This document shows positions 44,717 through 54,683 of a stretch of DNA of 64,000 bases, piece by piece. The DNA comes from Shigella phage Ag3. Each line of letters begins with the position of its first letter. Position 1 is the stretch's first letter. The DNA lies in sequence record FJ373894. One strand, written 5' to 3'. The notes under the pieces are model-generated. The model had not been told where the DNA came from. It saw only the letters and a list, made by a program, of their open reading frames with translations, and made no database searches. The translations under genes were made by a program, and so were the position numbers.

Positions 44717-45306
44717 TATACACCTCTGTTGAAGTCTGGATTATTCTCAATGAAGTAAGAGCCACAAGCCATTATCGCAAACGAATCTACGAGGTCATCG
44801 ATTGGCTTAGGATCCTTAACTTCCAACATGTCCATTATACCGCGCATATTAACATTGAACAGCGACTCGAAGTGAGCGATCATGGCGTGTTTATCCGCGT
44901 TGCCCTTGTCGGTGAACATCTTCTTCACATGGGATGGCGTCACGATCTGGAAGTCGAAATTGTTACGGCGCAGGGCTTGCTTCAACAGAGAGGTATTCTC
45001 TGCGGTCTGGCAGATGTTGTTGGAGTTCTTAGAGTTGCCCATGGCATACCCTTCAAGAGTGATCGCATCCGGCTTCTCGGTCAACAGGACAGCCTCAGCC
45101 CATTTACAGATGTTATAGAAGCGCTCTTCTGGGGTCTCCCACTTCGGCTGCTTCATGATGAGGATGTTCTGGCGAATCTGAGTGCAGTACTTTTCCACAG
45201 TATAATATGCGTAGAAGCGCAGATGATCAAAATCAAGAGGGTCTTTGTCATCCCAGAAGCACAGGGATGGGCAACCATAGGAGTAGTCGATTCCGCAATA
45301 TTTCAT
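44716..45306 (-). CDS. putative RuvC-like Holliday junction resolvase
   Basis: 196 aa; N-terminal GIDYSYG (RuvC GIDPG-like), acidic LEGYAMG, C-terminal IDDLVDSFAIMACG (D..DA.AIA-like). Confidence 0.4.
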   Translation of the reverse strand: MKYCGIDYSYGCPSLCFWDDKDPLDFDHLRFYAYYTVEKYCTQIRQNILIMKQPKWETPEERFYNICKWAEAVLLTEKPDAITLEGYAMGNSKNSNNICQTAENTSLLKQALRRNNFDFQIVTPSHVKKMFTDKGNADKHAMIAHFESLFNVNMRGIMDMLEVKDPKPIDDLVDSFAIMACGSYFIENNPDFNRGV

Positions 45307-45357
45307 GTAAATAGCCCATAACGAAGTTTCATTGGTGTATGGGCTATTTACGCCGGG

Positions 45358-45849
45358 TTAACGGGTGATGATTTTACCTTCAGGCAGAATCAGGCCTGGA
45401 TGATCCAGGTTCTTCTGCATCTGCTGGATGCTCTGCAGGATCACGGTGGTGTCAATGTGGCGCTTCACTTTGCGAGCCTCATCGCCATAAGAGATCTGCC
45501 CCTGAGGATCGATATAATGAGCCGACACAACCTGCAGATCATACCCGCATTTCATCAGGTACTTGGCGATGTTGCTGACTTCCAGCGACAGGGATTCACC
45601 GTCAACGCCGATGTTGGCTGAGTAGACGATAGCGCCGTTTTCTGCTGCTGTCGGGTCAAACAACACCATACCAGCGATCGTCTGGATCAAAGGAACTCCC
45701 TCTGTATCGAAAGCCACCTGATCGAACGCACCGATGAACTCATCCGGCACTTTACCTTCGGCATCAGAAACTGTATGTTTCATAAGGTCCAGGACGTGTT
45801 GTTGTACTTCCTCAATCGGAGCACGTTCAACGGGTTTTTCGTTTTGCAT
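45358..45849 (-). CDS. hypothetical protein
   Basis: About 163 aa from ATG 45849; longer ORF to 45960 overlaps upstream gene by 134 nt. Confidence 0.4.
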   Translation of the reverse strand: MQNEKPVERAPIEEVQQHVLDLMKHTVSDAEGKVPDEFIGAFDQVAFDTEGVPLIQTIAGMVLFDPTAAENGAIVYSANIGVDGESLSLEVSNIAKYLMKCGYDLQVVSAHYIDPQGQISYGDEARKVKRHIDTTVILQSIQQMQKNLDHPGLILPEGKIITR

Positions 45850-46357
45850 TACTTTTCTCCAGTTCATAATCGCGCTCCACAACATATTGGTAGACACGCA
45901 TCTTAATATAGTCGGCACCACCTGCTGAAGACAGCACCCTCCATCCACTACTGAGGGCATTCATCTTATATTGACCAACCCCCTCTTGAAAATAACTTTT
46001 AATCTGTTCCAGCTTTCGCCCACGATGATAATAAGAGATGAGTTCACCGATAACAATACAATCGGGATAATGGTTGTCAAGGGTGTCAATATTGCGGTGG
46101 ACGTAGACAGGCAACACTTCTTCATCGTCGATAGGGCTGTAGTGCGGGTCTACGATGACCACCTGTAGGCCATACGACAATAAATCCTTGACACCCAGAC
46201 GACAGAACTTATAATCTTCGTGCTTCATTGCCACCTGGAGGATATTCTCTTTCTTGGCATAATCGGTCAGGAAGATAAAGAAGTCTGTGTTGGGATCGGG
46301 ATATTGTATAGACAGTTCTTTGCCTATTTCACTAAAACAAAATCCGCGCATTTTCAT
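45827..46357 (-). CDS. hypothetical protein
   Basis: 176-aa ORF diverging from the plus-strand structural genes. Confidence 0.4.
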   Translation of the reverse strand: MKMRGFCFSEIGKELSIQYPDPNTDFFIFLTDYAKKENILQVAMKHEDYKFCRLGVKDLLSYGLQVVIVDPHYSPIDDEEVLPVYVHRNIDTLDNHYPDCIVIGELISYYHRGRKLEQIKSYFQEGVGQYKMNALSSGWRVLSSAGGADYIKMRVYQYVVERDYELEKSNAKRKTR

Positions 46358-46400
46358 TCCTCGTTATAATTACTCTTACAATATACCGTGGAGATACATT

Positions 46401-47207
46401 ATGAATTTGCCATCATTGCCCAGAACAGAAAAGACATATAAAAGCGACTTTTGGCCTACTGTGATCAAATATCGCGCCTTTACTGCGGGGCAACAAACTT
46501 TATTACTTCAGGTGTCAGATCCGCAAACGCCGATTGAAGAACGCGCGGCCATGATGGAGAGCCTCTTCAGCGAATGTGTAAATGCAGGTGCGCCTTTCAG
46601 CAAACTGCCAATCGGTGTTGTTGAGGAAGTGTTCATCCGTATGCGCATGATCGCCATCGGCGAATTGATGAAGATTCGCTACAAGTGCAATAATCAGGTT
46701 GAAGAAACGATCGATCTGGGAGATGGCCAAGAAAAGCGCCAGATGGTTCCCTGTGAGCAGGAACTGACTCTGCCTATCCCGCTGAACAATGTAAAATGCA
46801 TTGCTCAGGACGGCTTCCAGGAGACGTTTGACCTGCCAGGCGGATATCACCTCAAGATGCGCCAACCTTCCTTCTCGGACGCCACGGCGCTGTCTGATGC
46901 TGCAAGTGTTGAGATGATGCTGGCCACCTTTATCGACTGTCTGTACGACGATGACGGTCAGGTGTGGAAGGTTGAGAATCCTGAAGAAATCGGCATCACT
47001 CCGGAAGAGGCTACCGAGCGCCGCCGTGTGAAAGAAGCGTTTGTTGGGTGGGTGAAGGATAACATCGAATCAGATGTCATCGACAGCATTACGAAGAACT
47101 TCTTCCACAAAATACCGCGCATCCACTACAAGAGTTCAATCAAGTGTCCGAAGTGTGGTAAGGAACACAAGATCGAATTCAATAGCATTAATGAAATTTT
47201 CATCTAA
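46401..47207 (+). CDS. putative structural/baseplate-associated protein with C-terminal zinc ribbon
   Basis: 268 aa from ATG 46401 (GGAGA upstream); C-terminal CPKCGKEH; directly upstream of the gp5-like gene. Confidence 0.3.
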   Translation: MNLPSLPRTEKTYKSDFWPTVIKYRAFTAGQQTLLLQVSDPQTPIEERAAMMESLFSECVNAGAPFSKLPIGVVEEVFIRMRMIAIGELMKIRYKCNNQVEETIDLGDGQEKRQMVPCEQELTLPIPLNNVKCIAQDGFQETFDLPGGYHLKMRQPSFSDATALSDAASVEMMLATFIDCLYDDDGQVWKVENPEEIGITPEEATERRRVKEAFVGWVKDNIESDVIDSITKNFFHKIPRIHYKSSIKCPKCGKEHKIEFNSINEIFI

Positions 47208-47356
47208 TGTTTGAAACTGATTTACTATCCTACTTCGTGATGTGTGATGAATTGAAGTTACACGGCTATAGCATATTTGAAATCAACGAGTCGATGCCGT
47301 GGCATCTTGACTTGTTAACCGAAGCCCTCAAGGTCAGGTTGTCTAAGAAACAGTAA
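47207..47356 (+). CDS. possible 49-aa protein
   Basis: ATG overlaps upstream stop (TAATG); ends 1 nt before a strong terminator; not in ORF track. Confidence 0.25.
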   Translation: MFETDLLSYFVMCDELKLHGYSIFEINESMPWHLDLLTEALKVRLSKKQ

Positions 47357-47380
47357 TCCCGCTTCGGCGGGATTTTTATT
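47356..47380 (+). terminator. intrinsic terminator
   Basis: ATCCCGC-TTCG-GCGGGAT hairpin (UUCG loop) followed by TTTTTATT. Confidence 0.65.
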
Positions 47381-47426
47381 GGCTTAACTGTAAAACAGGT
47401 TAACGCGTGCTCTCTTTACCTGAAAT

Positions 47427-47435
47427 TGTTATAAT
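47427..47435 (+). promoter_or_regulatory. extended -10 promoter candidate (TGtTATAAT)
   Basis: TG-n-TATAAT on plus strand within the 360-bp non-coding stretch upstream of the gp5-like gene. Confidence 0.35.
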
Positions 47436-47717
47436 GGGCTTGTTCCTGAGTCATTTGTTGGGGATCGTCTATTTTGAATCAGATTGTCAGTAAAATACCA
47501 TTTTTCAAGGAGTGTTCTGAGGTGTACAGTTATTGCCTCGCTCTTATGCCTCCATGGCATTGGAATGGTGCTGCCTGCATAAGGCGGTGTGATGAGCGAA
47601 GCGAATAGGATCGAATAACAAATAAAATGAACGGAAGCAGAGCTTCCTATAGTATATAAGGCAAAATCCGCTGCGCATAAATACCTTCAAATCCTTGTTT
47701 GACAACCGGAACTCAAT

Positions 47718-49328
47718 ATGTTAGACAATATGAGATGGTTTTATGGCACCGTTGAAGATGTCAACGATCCAGACCAAAACGGGCGCGTCGCCGTCCGCAT
47801 CTATGGCGTCCACACTGATGACACCGTCCTCCTGCCTACGGACAAACTCCCATGGGCGAAGGTGCTGATGCCTGCTTCAAACGCCTCCTCTGCTGGTTTA
47901 GGTTGGTCTCCAACGGGTATCATTCCTGGCACTGAGGTTATGGGGTTCGCCCTTGACGAAGCATACCAGAACCTGCGTATCACTTGGACTTGGCCTGGGG
48001 CAAATCCCACTGATGGAGCTGACACGAATCCGCTGGCTCTCGGACAGGTCGTTCAATCTGTAGAACGTCAGGCGTACAACGCTGTCACTGACGTTCCTGT
48101 GAAACAAGAAGACGAACCACAACCAGATCCACAACCACCTGTTGGCGGGTATGATCCTGAAAAATGGATGACCATCGCTCGCGGCGAGCTGGGTGTCAAG
48201 GAGTACGCCGGAAAGTTCAACAACAACCCGCGCATTATAGAATATCACAAGACAACCTCCCTTGGCGCTTCTGAAGATGAAGTGTCATGGTGTGCGGCGT
48301 TCGTGGGCTGGGTTATGTTGCAGGCTGGATACACGTCTACGCGCTCCGCTCTTGCCCGATCTTACCTTACATGGGGTAGTGCACTGTCAGCACCACAATA
48401 TGGTGCTATCGTAGTCTTCCGGCGCGGTAACAACCCTACATTTGGACACGTGGCGTTTGTACAGAAGTTCGATGCAAACTATGTCTGGTGTATCGGTGGC
48501 AACCAATCCGATTCAGTGAAGGTCAGCCGCTTCAGCCGTTCGTCAGTCCTGGGCTACCGCTGGCCTGGTCCGGCGAATACAGCTTCAGCCGCCCCAGCGC
48601 AACAGAACGGGAAATGGTCTGAGCCTATCCCTGATCGTACCCCAAAAGAGCAGGCAACTCCGGCTCCTACAGGGCGCGTACAGGATATTGATAACACGGG
48701 CGAAACTATGGTTCCGGCAGCGGGTGGCTCCAAGTACCCGTACAACAACGTCATGGCATCCCGAGCAGGTCACATAATGGAGGTGGACGACACTCCTGGT
48801 GGTGAGCGTCTTCATTGGATGCACATGTCCGGCTCCTACAAACAGATGCTCCCGAACGGCGACGTCGTCAACAAGTCAGTGAAGGATCATTATGACCTGA
48901 CCATGTTTGACAAGCGCTATTATGTCGGCGGGGACCACAACCTGACGGTCAAAGGAACTGAAGTGCAGCGCAAGACTGGTGAGGTCTATCACCTTCACTC
49001 CAACAACTACTCCAACGTGGTTGCAGGTACAGCGCTGATGAAATTCAGTGACCTGGCTGAGTTGCAAGCGCAGAATATTCTGCGCATCATCTGCGAGACT
49101 CTGGAGGTCGGCGGGACGTTGAAGGTTCCTAAGATTCTGGCAACAGAGATCATCGCCGACAAACTGACGGTTGCTCAGACGATTAATGGTAACATCATAT
49201 ATGCCGAAGGTGCTGGTCGCGCTTCTTCTCTGTCAGGTGCAACCCCTGCATCCCCTACGGGACCAGGTGAGATTGATATCAAGGCAGAATTAAAAGACAA
49301 TGGTGGTAATTTCGGCACCGAAGAGTAA
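47718..49328 (+). CDS. baseplate central spike/hub protein (gp5-like) with cell-wall hydrolase domain
   Basis: N-terminal OB-fold pattern WFYGTVEDVNDPDQNGRVAVRIYGVH...LPWAKV as in gp5; central CHAP/NlpC-P60-like motifs WCAAFVGWVMLQAGY, GHVAFV, GGNQSD; CATAAATA 26 nt upstream. Confidence 0.7.
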   Translation: MLDNMRWFYGTVEDVNDPDQNGRVAVRIYGVHTDDTVLLPTDKLPWAKVLMPASNASSAGLGWSPTGIIPGTEVMGFALDEAYQNLRITWTWPGANPTDGADTNPLALGQVVQSVERQAYNAVTDVPVKQEDEPQPDPQPPVGGYDPEKWMTIARGELGVKEYAGKFNNNPRIIEYHKTTSLGASEDEVSWCAAFVGWVMLQAGYTSTRSALARSYLTWGSALSAPQYGAIVVFRRGNNPTFGHVAFVQKFDANYVWCIGGNQSDSVKVSRFSRSSVLGYRWPGPANTASAAPAQQNGKWSEPIPDRTPKEQATPAPTGRVQDIDNTGETMVPAAGGSKYPYNNVMASRAGHIMEVDDTPGGERLHWMHMSGSYKQMLPNGDVVNKSVKDHYDLTMFDKRYYVGGDHNLTVKGTEVQRKTGEVYHLHSNNYSNVVAGTALMKFSDLAELQAQNILRIICETLEVGGTLKVPKILATEIIADKLTVAQTINGNIIYAEGAGRASSLSGATPASPTGPGEIDIKAELKDNGGNFGTEE

Positions 49329-49400
49329 GTTGGTATAGTTTAGTGGCAGAGGGGCAGCATGCCTCTCTGCTCCTTATAGGCATCCTGAGAGGATCGCGAA

Positions 49401-49781
49401 ATGAAAGAGTACAAAGATGTCGATCTGAAGTTCGGCATGCACCCGGTGACCAAAGATGTCACCATGAAATCAGGCGTATACGCTGTCTTGCAATCTGTGC
49501 GGAATATTGTCATGTCTTCAGTCGGTGACTGGCCCACTTATCCTGGGATCGGCGCAGGGCTGTATAATCTCCTTGGAGAGAACACCACCCCAACGATTCA
49601 GGTAGATGTGAAGAACAAAGTTGAAGATGCTATTGCTCTGTATGAACCGCGAGCCGAGGTAGAAGAAGTCACGGTGAGTCTGTCAGAGGATTACCATTCT
49701 CTGGGTGTGACCATCACATTCTATGTGGTCAACAATCCAGATCCAATAACAGACACCGTGTGGTTGAAAAGGACGAATTAG
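49401..49781 (+). CDS. baseplate wedge protein (gp25-like)
   Basis: 126 aa; YEPRAEVEEVTVSL...GVTITFYVVNNPDPI matches gp25 pattern (YEPRI..L.V.V...Y.L.V.I.F.VIDNPD). Confidence 0.7.
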   Translation: MKEYKDVDLKFGMHPVTKDVTMKSGVYAVLQSVRNIVMSSVGDWPTYPGIGAGLYNLLGENTTPTIQVDVKNKVEDAIALYEPRAEVEEVTVSLSEDYHSLGVTITFYVVNNPDPITDTVWLKRTN

Positions 49782-50128
49782 AATTTCGTCCTGAATGCCG
49801 GAGCCACGACCAGCATAAAGTGGCTCAATAACCTGAACATCTCTTTACCGTTGAAGTGGTAGAGGATAATCATCGGTCTGACGTCAACCACTGATCCCTC
49901 CAGCTTCTTGTTCAACACAAATCTGGAACCGACACTGACCTTCCCACGCTCTTCGTCTCCTGGTTTGTCGTAGACCACGCAACTGGTGGCATAACCGATC
50001 TGAGTTCCATCCTCAGACCGCAATGGTAGCATGTGCCCTTCAGACATCAGATGATGCAGGTTCTGGTATAAACCTTTGTCTGGTATGGGGACTGCCAGCT
50101 GCATTCTCAACTCTTTGTAATCTTGCAT
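49778..50128 (-). CDS. hypothetical protein
   Basis: 116-aa ORF, convergent with the gp25-like gene (4-nt overlap). Confidence 0.4.
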   Translation of the reverse strand: MQDYKELRMQLAVPIPDKGLYQNLHHLMSEGHMLPLRSEDGTQIGYATSCVVYDKPGDEERGKVSVGSRFVLNKKLEGSVVDVRPMIILYHFNGKEMFRLLSHFMLVVAPAFRTKF

Positions 50129-50133
50129 GAGGT

Positions 50134-50595
50134 CTACTCCGCCAGGGTGATCACAACCATATTTAAGACTGTGTCGATAGCTTGGCCTGTTTCCTCTTCA
50201 TGGAGGGTTTCGGCGCGGAGGTGTACGTCGGTGATGAAATTGTCGATGTGCATTGACGTCAGGTACGGGCGGTGCTGGCTGACCGGACGGTTGATCAGTA
50301 CATAGTTGCGCAGTGTGTTGAAGTCCTGCTGAGAGCACCCTGTGGTGTCGATACGAAGGAAGCGTTCATTGTGGCTTGTCTTCAGTTCAGTTACTTTGCC
50401 GAGGTAGACCAGAGGTCCATTGCGACCGATACGGAACATAACATCAACAACAGACTTGAAGATTTCGCGTTCAATCAGTGCGGTGGGTGACCAGCAGATC
50501 TCTTCTTTGTCGTCGGCGTACAGGGTGTCGATCACCAGAGGGAGTTGAATGTAACCGAAGTTGTGCAGTGGGTTGGTGAGTACTTTGTTTGTCAT
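50134..50595 (-). CDS. hypothetical protein
   Basis: About 153 aa from ATG 50595 (GGGAA upstream); the longer ORF begins with TTG. Confidence 0.4.
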   Translation of the reverse strand: MTNKVLTNPLHNFGYIQLPLVIDTLYADDKEEICWSPTALIEREIFKSVVDVMFRIGRNGPLVYLGKVTELKTSHNERFLRIDTTGCSQQDFNTLRNYVLINRPVSQHRPYLTSMHIDNFITDVHLRAETLHEEETGQAIDTVLNMVVITLAE

Positions 50596-50661
50596 GATAT
50601 AGTTCCCGCTTTCAATTTGTGGCGAATGCCAATGAATTACTGGGAAGTATAGGGGAGGGTG

Positions 50662-50692
50662 TTTCAAAAGTAAAGCCCCTCAATGAGGGGCT
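50662..50692 (-). terminator. intrinsic terminator after nrdH-like gene
   Basis: AGCCCCTC-ATT-GAGGGGCT hairpin on the minus strand followed by TTACTTTTGAAACA. Confidence 0.5.
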
Positions 50693-50700
50693 TTGACAGA

Positions 50701-50925
50701 TCAGCGTTTGAGGCTGGCGGCGAGTCCACTAACGTCGGTCACGGTCTGGTCAGCGAGGACGATAACAGGCATAGACATGCGCTGTTTACCAGTCAACTTC
50801 TGAAGTTCTTCCAGCTGGTAGTCTTTGTCCAGCTTGAGGATCTTGTGTTCCATCCCTTTCATCTTGCACAGATTTTCGGCTGTTACACACTGAGCGCAAC
50901 CTTGTTTGGAATAGATCGTAATCAT
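50701..50925 (-). CDS. nrdH: glutaredoxin-like protein (NrdH-type)
   Basis: 74 aa; N-terminal MITIYSKQGCAQCV with CxxC redox motif; immediately downstream of nrdB. Confidence 0.6.
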   Translation of the reverse strand: MITIYSKQGCAQCVTAENLCKMKGMEHKILKLDKDYQLEELQKLTGKQRMSMPVIVLADQTVTDVSGLAASLKR

Positions 50926-50934
50926 TTCTCACCT

Positions 50935-52038
50935 TTAAGCGAATTTGAGGCCGTCGGATACTGAACCAGTCAGTACACCCATCAGATAATCGGGAGCTTC
51001 AGCTTCCTGCAATGCGTATTGCATTGTCTTATTATTTAGCCATTCGTTGATCCATGGCACTGGGCATTCCTTACGTGGTTCCCCAGGATATGGGTGTCCG
51101 ATAGCGCCCATGCGGTGGGTGAGCAACCAGTCTACCATATGGTGTAGGATCTTCGCGTTCAGACCAAGCATAGAGCCGTCCTGGAACAGATAGTCAGCCC
51201 ATTGCTTCTCCTGATTGCCCACGTCCAAGAACATCTGGGTCATCTCACCGCGCAGTTCCTCACGGATGATTTCGAAGTCAGGGTCCATACCAGGCAGGCG
51301 GTTCAGCAGCGTCTGGGTCAGGATCAGATGATCTTGCTCATCACGGGCGATCTGGCGGATGATTTTAGCATTGCCTTCCATCTTCTTCTGGAACTGTGTG
51401 AACGCCCAAGAGCATGCAAAGGACACGTAGAAGCGGATACCTTCCAGTGTGTTGGCAGCAAACAGAGCACGCCAGAATGCACGTTTGGCATTCATAATGT
51501 CTTCACGGGTAAAGGCACGACCAGCCATACGCATGCCGCTGTAACGAACCATGTCGTCATAGTGAGTACTAATCTGATGCGCGCAATCCACGATCTCTGC
51601 AACGTCCAACACGTGGTCAAACACGATGCCAGGATCGTTCACAGTGTTGCGCAGGATGTGGGTGTACGACAGAGAGTGAATGGCTTCCTGGCGTGTCCAC
51701 TCAAGGACGGCGAACTGCATTTCAGGGGTAGACGCCCACGGACCAAACGCCTCGAACGGAGCCGCACCCTGAATAGAATCCAGCATGGTCTGGCGCTTCA
51801 GGTTGCTCTCATAGATGCGCTTTTCAGCAGGTGTGAGGGTTGCATAGTCGGCCTTGTCCTTGGTGATGTCCACCTCTTCAGGACGCCAGAACTGGCTGAG
51901 ACCTTTCTCATACCACTTCTGTACGAATGGCCAGGCCACAATATCATAGCGCTGGATGCTCACTGGGTCACCGAAGAACGGCAGACCAGTGTTGTTCGAG
52001 CTTGGGTCGAATACGGAGAATTGTTTCTGTTCGCTCAT
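50935..52038 (-). CDS. nrdB: ribonucleotide reductase class Ia beta subunit
   Basis: Close pattern match to E. coli NrdB from FWRPEEVD through EAIHSLSYTHI and FYVSFACS; start taken at ATG 52038 by N-terminal alignment to E. coli NrdB. Confidence 0.9.
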   Translation of the reverse strand: MSEQKQFSVFDPSSNNTGLPFFGDPVSIQRYDIVAWPFVQKWYEKGLSQFWRPEEVDITKDKADYATLTPAEKRIYESNLKRQTMLDSIQGAAPFEAFGPWASTPEMQFAVLEWTRQEAIHSLSYTHILRNTVNDPGIVFDHVLDVAEIVDCAHQISTHYDDMVRYSGMRMAGRAFTREDIMNAKRAFWRALFAANTLEGIRFYVSFACSWAFTQFQKKMEGNAKIIRQIARDEQDHLILTQTLLNRLPGMDPDFEIIREELRGEMTQMFLDVGNQEKQWADYLFQDGSMLGLNAKILHHMVDWLLTHRMGAIGHPYPGEPRKECPVPWINEWLNNKTMQYALQEAEAPDYLMGVLTGSVSDGLKFA

Positions 52039-52039
52039 G

Positions 52040-52333
52040 TTATGCCTTGCCTTCGTGGAGTTTGATCTGTTCAGTGGTGATGTAATTCTTGATGTTAGCA
52101 ACAAAATCCTGGCGTTTGTCTTCAGGTAATTTGCTGAGGTCTAGAAGGAAGTGGGTACGGTTCACAGTATCCAATGGATCCGTGTAGTTCAACGGGATAG
52201 CCGTGACTTCGCCGCCGTTGTGCCAAGCAGCGGCCACCTTCACGTTGCGCAGAACATTCTCCGCTTCCATTTTGCTGTTGTGTTTGAGCAAGATACCTGG
52301 TTGACCAGGGACCAACAATAACGTCTGGAACAT
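52040..52333 (-). CDS. hypothetical protein between nrdA and nrdB
   Basis: 97 aa; AGGAG RBS; stop 1 nt before the nrdB start. Confidence 0.4.
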   Translation of the reverse strand: MFQTLLLVPGQPGILLKHNSKMEAENVLRNVKVAAAWHNGGEVTAIPLNYTDPLDTVNRTHFLLDLSKLPEDKRQDFVANIKNYITTEQIKLHEGKA

Positions 52334-52352
52334 ATAGAACTCCTGATGAATA

Positions 52353-52372
52353 AGGGGTGATATCTCACCCCT
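52353..52372 (-). other. stable RNA hairpin between nrdA and downstream ORF
   Basis: AGGGGTGA-TATC-TCACCCCT, perfect 8-bp stem; no U-tract on the transcribed strand. Confidence 0.3.
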
Positions 52373-52403
52373 GATGATATAACGGTAGCAGGTTTAGACC
52401 AAC

Positions 52404-54683
52404 TCACACCACACAGGTGTCACAAACTTCTTCAGCCTGTTTCAACTCTTCGTCTTCCTTGGCGTCCTTGTTCGTGTTGTAATACAGAGTCTTACCACCC
52501 CACATATAGAAGGACAGGATATCCTGCATCATCTTGGCGCGAGGGATCTTGCCATCTGGGTACTTCTCTGGGTCATACCACGTGTTGGTACTGATGGACT
52601 GGTCAACCCAGCGCTGGATGACAGCAGCGGTCTTCAGGTACTCAATGCAGTCCAGGTCCCACTTGAGGTCATACAGCGGTCCAAGGGTCTCAACATCCGG
52701 AACAACCTGCTTGTACGTGCCGTCCTTGCTGCCCTTAATGCTCACCAAGCCCTTCGGTGGCTCAATGCCGTTCGTTGCGTTGAGGACTTGTGAGGAGCTT
52801 TCGGTAGGGGCTACTGCCAGCAGGGTGGCATTGCGGATACCATAGGTCTTCAGGTCATCCTTCAGGTCATCCCAGTCCAGCCCATATGCCATGCCTTCCG
52901 GCTTCTTACCATTTGGCAGGATGTCAAGCGGAAGCGGCTGAAGATCGGCGGTGACCTGTCCCATACCATGGATGGTTCCACGTTTGCAAGCGCCGAACTT
53001 CATAGCCAGACGGTTGGATGCCTTGACCAGATAGAAGTGAAGGTGTGCCATCCATGCATCCAGCATCTCGAGGCCAGCTGGTGAGCCGTAGCCCGTGAAG
53101 TTCTTGGCCAAGAAGTGGGCCACGTTCACGATACCAACGCCCAGAGGACGATAGTCTTCAACAGCCTTGCGAGCCTGAATCGCTGGATAGTCCTGATATT
53201 CGAGCAGCATGTCCAGCGCAGACACCAACACGAACGCCACGTCTTCCATTTCGGTCGGGTCTTCGAATGCTGTCAGGTTGAAGGAAGCCAGGGTGCACAG
53301 AGCCACGCGCCCGTTTTCATCGTTGTACTGCTCAAACTCACGGGTCGGCAGGGCGATTTCAAGACACAGGTTGGAGCTGTAGATGGTGTCGAGGTTGAAT
53401 GGGCTGTATTCATTCATGTGATCGACGAATGCGATGTAGATGCGGCCTGTGTCTGAACGCTGGTCTAACAGCATCTGGAACACTTCTTCGGCCTGCAGCT
53501 TCTTAGAACGAACCAGGCCTGCATCGGCGGCCTTGATCATGTTCTCATACAGAGTACGGAACTTGTCAACGTCGGCGAAGTATGCTTCGTACATTTCGCG
53601 GTTGTCTTTCGGGTCGAACAGATACAGAGGCTGCTTGGCAACCAGGCGCTCAAACATCACGCGGTTGATCTGAATACCGTAGTCGATACGGCGTTCGCGG
53701 TTTTCTTCAGTGCCACGGTTATTCTTCAGTACAACGACGTCATCGAACTGGTAATGCCACAGAGGGATGTACGCTGTCGCCGCACCACCACGAATGCCGC
53801 CCTGGGAGCAAGACTTGAGCGCCCCAGTGAGATACTTGATGAATGGGATCAGGCCTGTGTGAACCATCTCTCCGCCGCGAATAGGACTGCCAATCCCACG
53901 GATAGCCCCGACGTCAAAGCCGATACCCGCACGTTTGGACACATAGTCAACGATGGTCTTGGCCGTTGCGTTGATAGAGTCCAGGGTGTCACCAGTTTTG
54001 ATCAGGACACAGGAACTGAACTGACGGGTAGGAGTACGAACACCTGCCATAATCGGGGTGGGAAGACTGAACTTGCCTGTGCTGGCATATTCATAGAACT
54101 TCTTCACCATCTCCAGGCGGCTGTCTTTGTCCCAGTTAGAGAACAACGCCATGGCGATTCCCATGTACATGACCTGTGGGGTTTCGTAGAAGATCTTGCT
54201 GTCTTTCTTGGAACGGTCGCGCAGCAGATACTTCTCTGTCAGCTGGCCCATGGCCGCCCACGTGAAGTTCTTATCGCGTTTGTGGTTAATGACATCGTTC
54301 AGCTCGTTGAACTCTTCTGTCGTGTAGAGATCAAGGAACTCACGATCATACACGCGCTGTTTGATGTTCTTGACGAAGATATCCAGCAGGTGAGGCGGCT
54401 TGTACTGGCCATAGACAGCCTTGCGCAGATCATATGACTTCAGACGAGCAGCCACATACTGGTAATTGGGTTTGTCTACAGAGATCAGTGAAGCCGCAGC
54501 CTGGATGAGGATATCCTGAATGCGATCTGTTCTCATGTTGTCGGTGAACTGAATCTTCGATGCAGCGATCACCTCTGACATTGATACACCAGTCAGTCCG
54601 TCACATGCGCGGTCTACGACTTCGTGTGGTTTCTCAATATCAAAGGGGACAGAAGATCCGTCCCGCTTAATGACGTTAATCAT
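52404..54683 (-). CDS. nrdA: ribonucleotide reductase class Ia alpha subunit
   Basis: 759 aa; N-terminal ATP-cone; active-site regions LCTLASFNL and PTESSSQ; contiguous, no intron or intein evident. Confidence 0.9.
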   Translation of the reverse strand: MINVIKRDGSSVPFDIEKPHEVVDRACDGLTGVSMSEVIAASKIQFTDNMRTDRIQDILIQAAASLISVDKPNYQYVAARLKSYDLRKAVYGQYKPPHLLDIFVKNIKQRVYDREFLDLYTTEEFNELNDVINHKRDKNFTWAAMGQLTEKYLLRDRSKKDSKIFYETPQVMYMGIAMALFSNWDKDSRLEMVKKFYEYASTGKFSLPTPIMAGVRTPTRQFSSCVLIKTGDTLDSINATAKTIVDYVSKRAGIGFDVGAIRGIGSPIRGGEMVHTGLIPFIKYLTGALKSCSQGGIRGGAATAYIPLWHYQFDDVVVLKNNRGTEENRERRIDYGIQINRVMFERLVAKQPLYLFDPKDNREMYEAYFADVDKFRTLYENMIKAADAGLVRSKKLQAEEVFQMLLDQRSDTGRIYIAFVDHMNEYSPFNLDTIYSSNLCLEIALPTREFEQYNDENGRVALCTLASFNLTAFEDPTEMEDVAFVLVSALDMLLEYQDYPAIQARKAVEDYRPLGVGIVNVAHFLAKNFTGYGSPAGLEMLDAWMAHLHFYLVKASNRLAMKFGACKRGTIHGMGQVTADLQPLPLDILPNGKKPEGMAYGLDWDDLKDDLKTYGIRNATLLAVAPTESSSQVLNATNGIEPPKGLVSIKGSKDGTYKQVVPDVETLGPLYDLKWDLDCIEYLKTAAVIQRWVDQSISTNTWYDPEKYPDGKIPRAKMMQDILSFYMWGGKTLYYNTNKDAKEDEELKQAEEVCDTCVV

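Noticed and set aside
49330-49400. GC-rich imperfect hairpin after the gp5-like gene, considered as a terminator
   Set aside because: Stem requires mismatches or wobble pairs and there is no U-tract; gp25-like gene probably co-transcribed.
51202-52065. Plus-strand ORF 51202..52065 (287 aa)
   Set aside because: Antisense to nrdB.
53115-54437. Plus-strand ORFs 53115..53456 and 53754..54437
   Set aside because: Antisense to nrdA.
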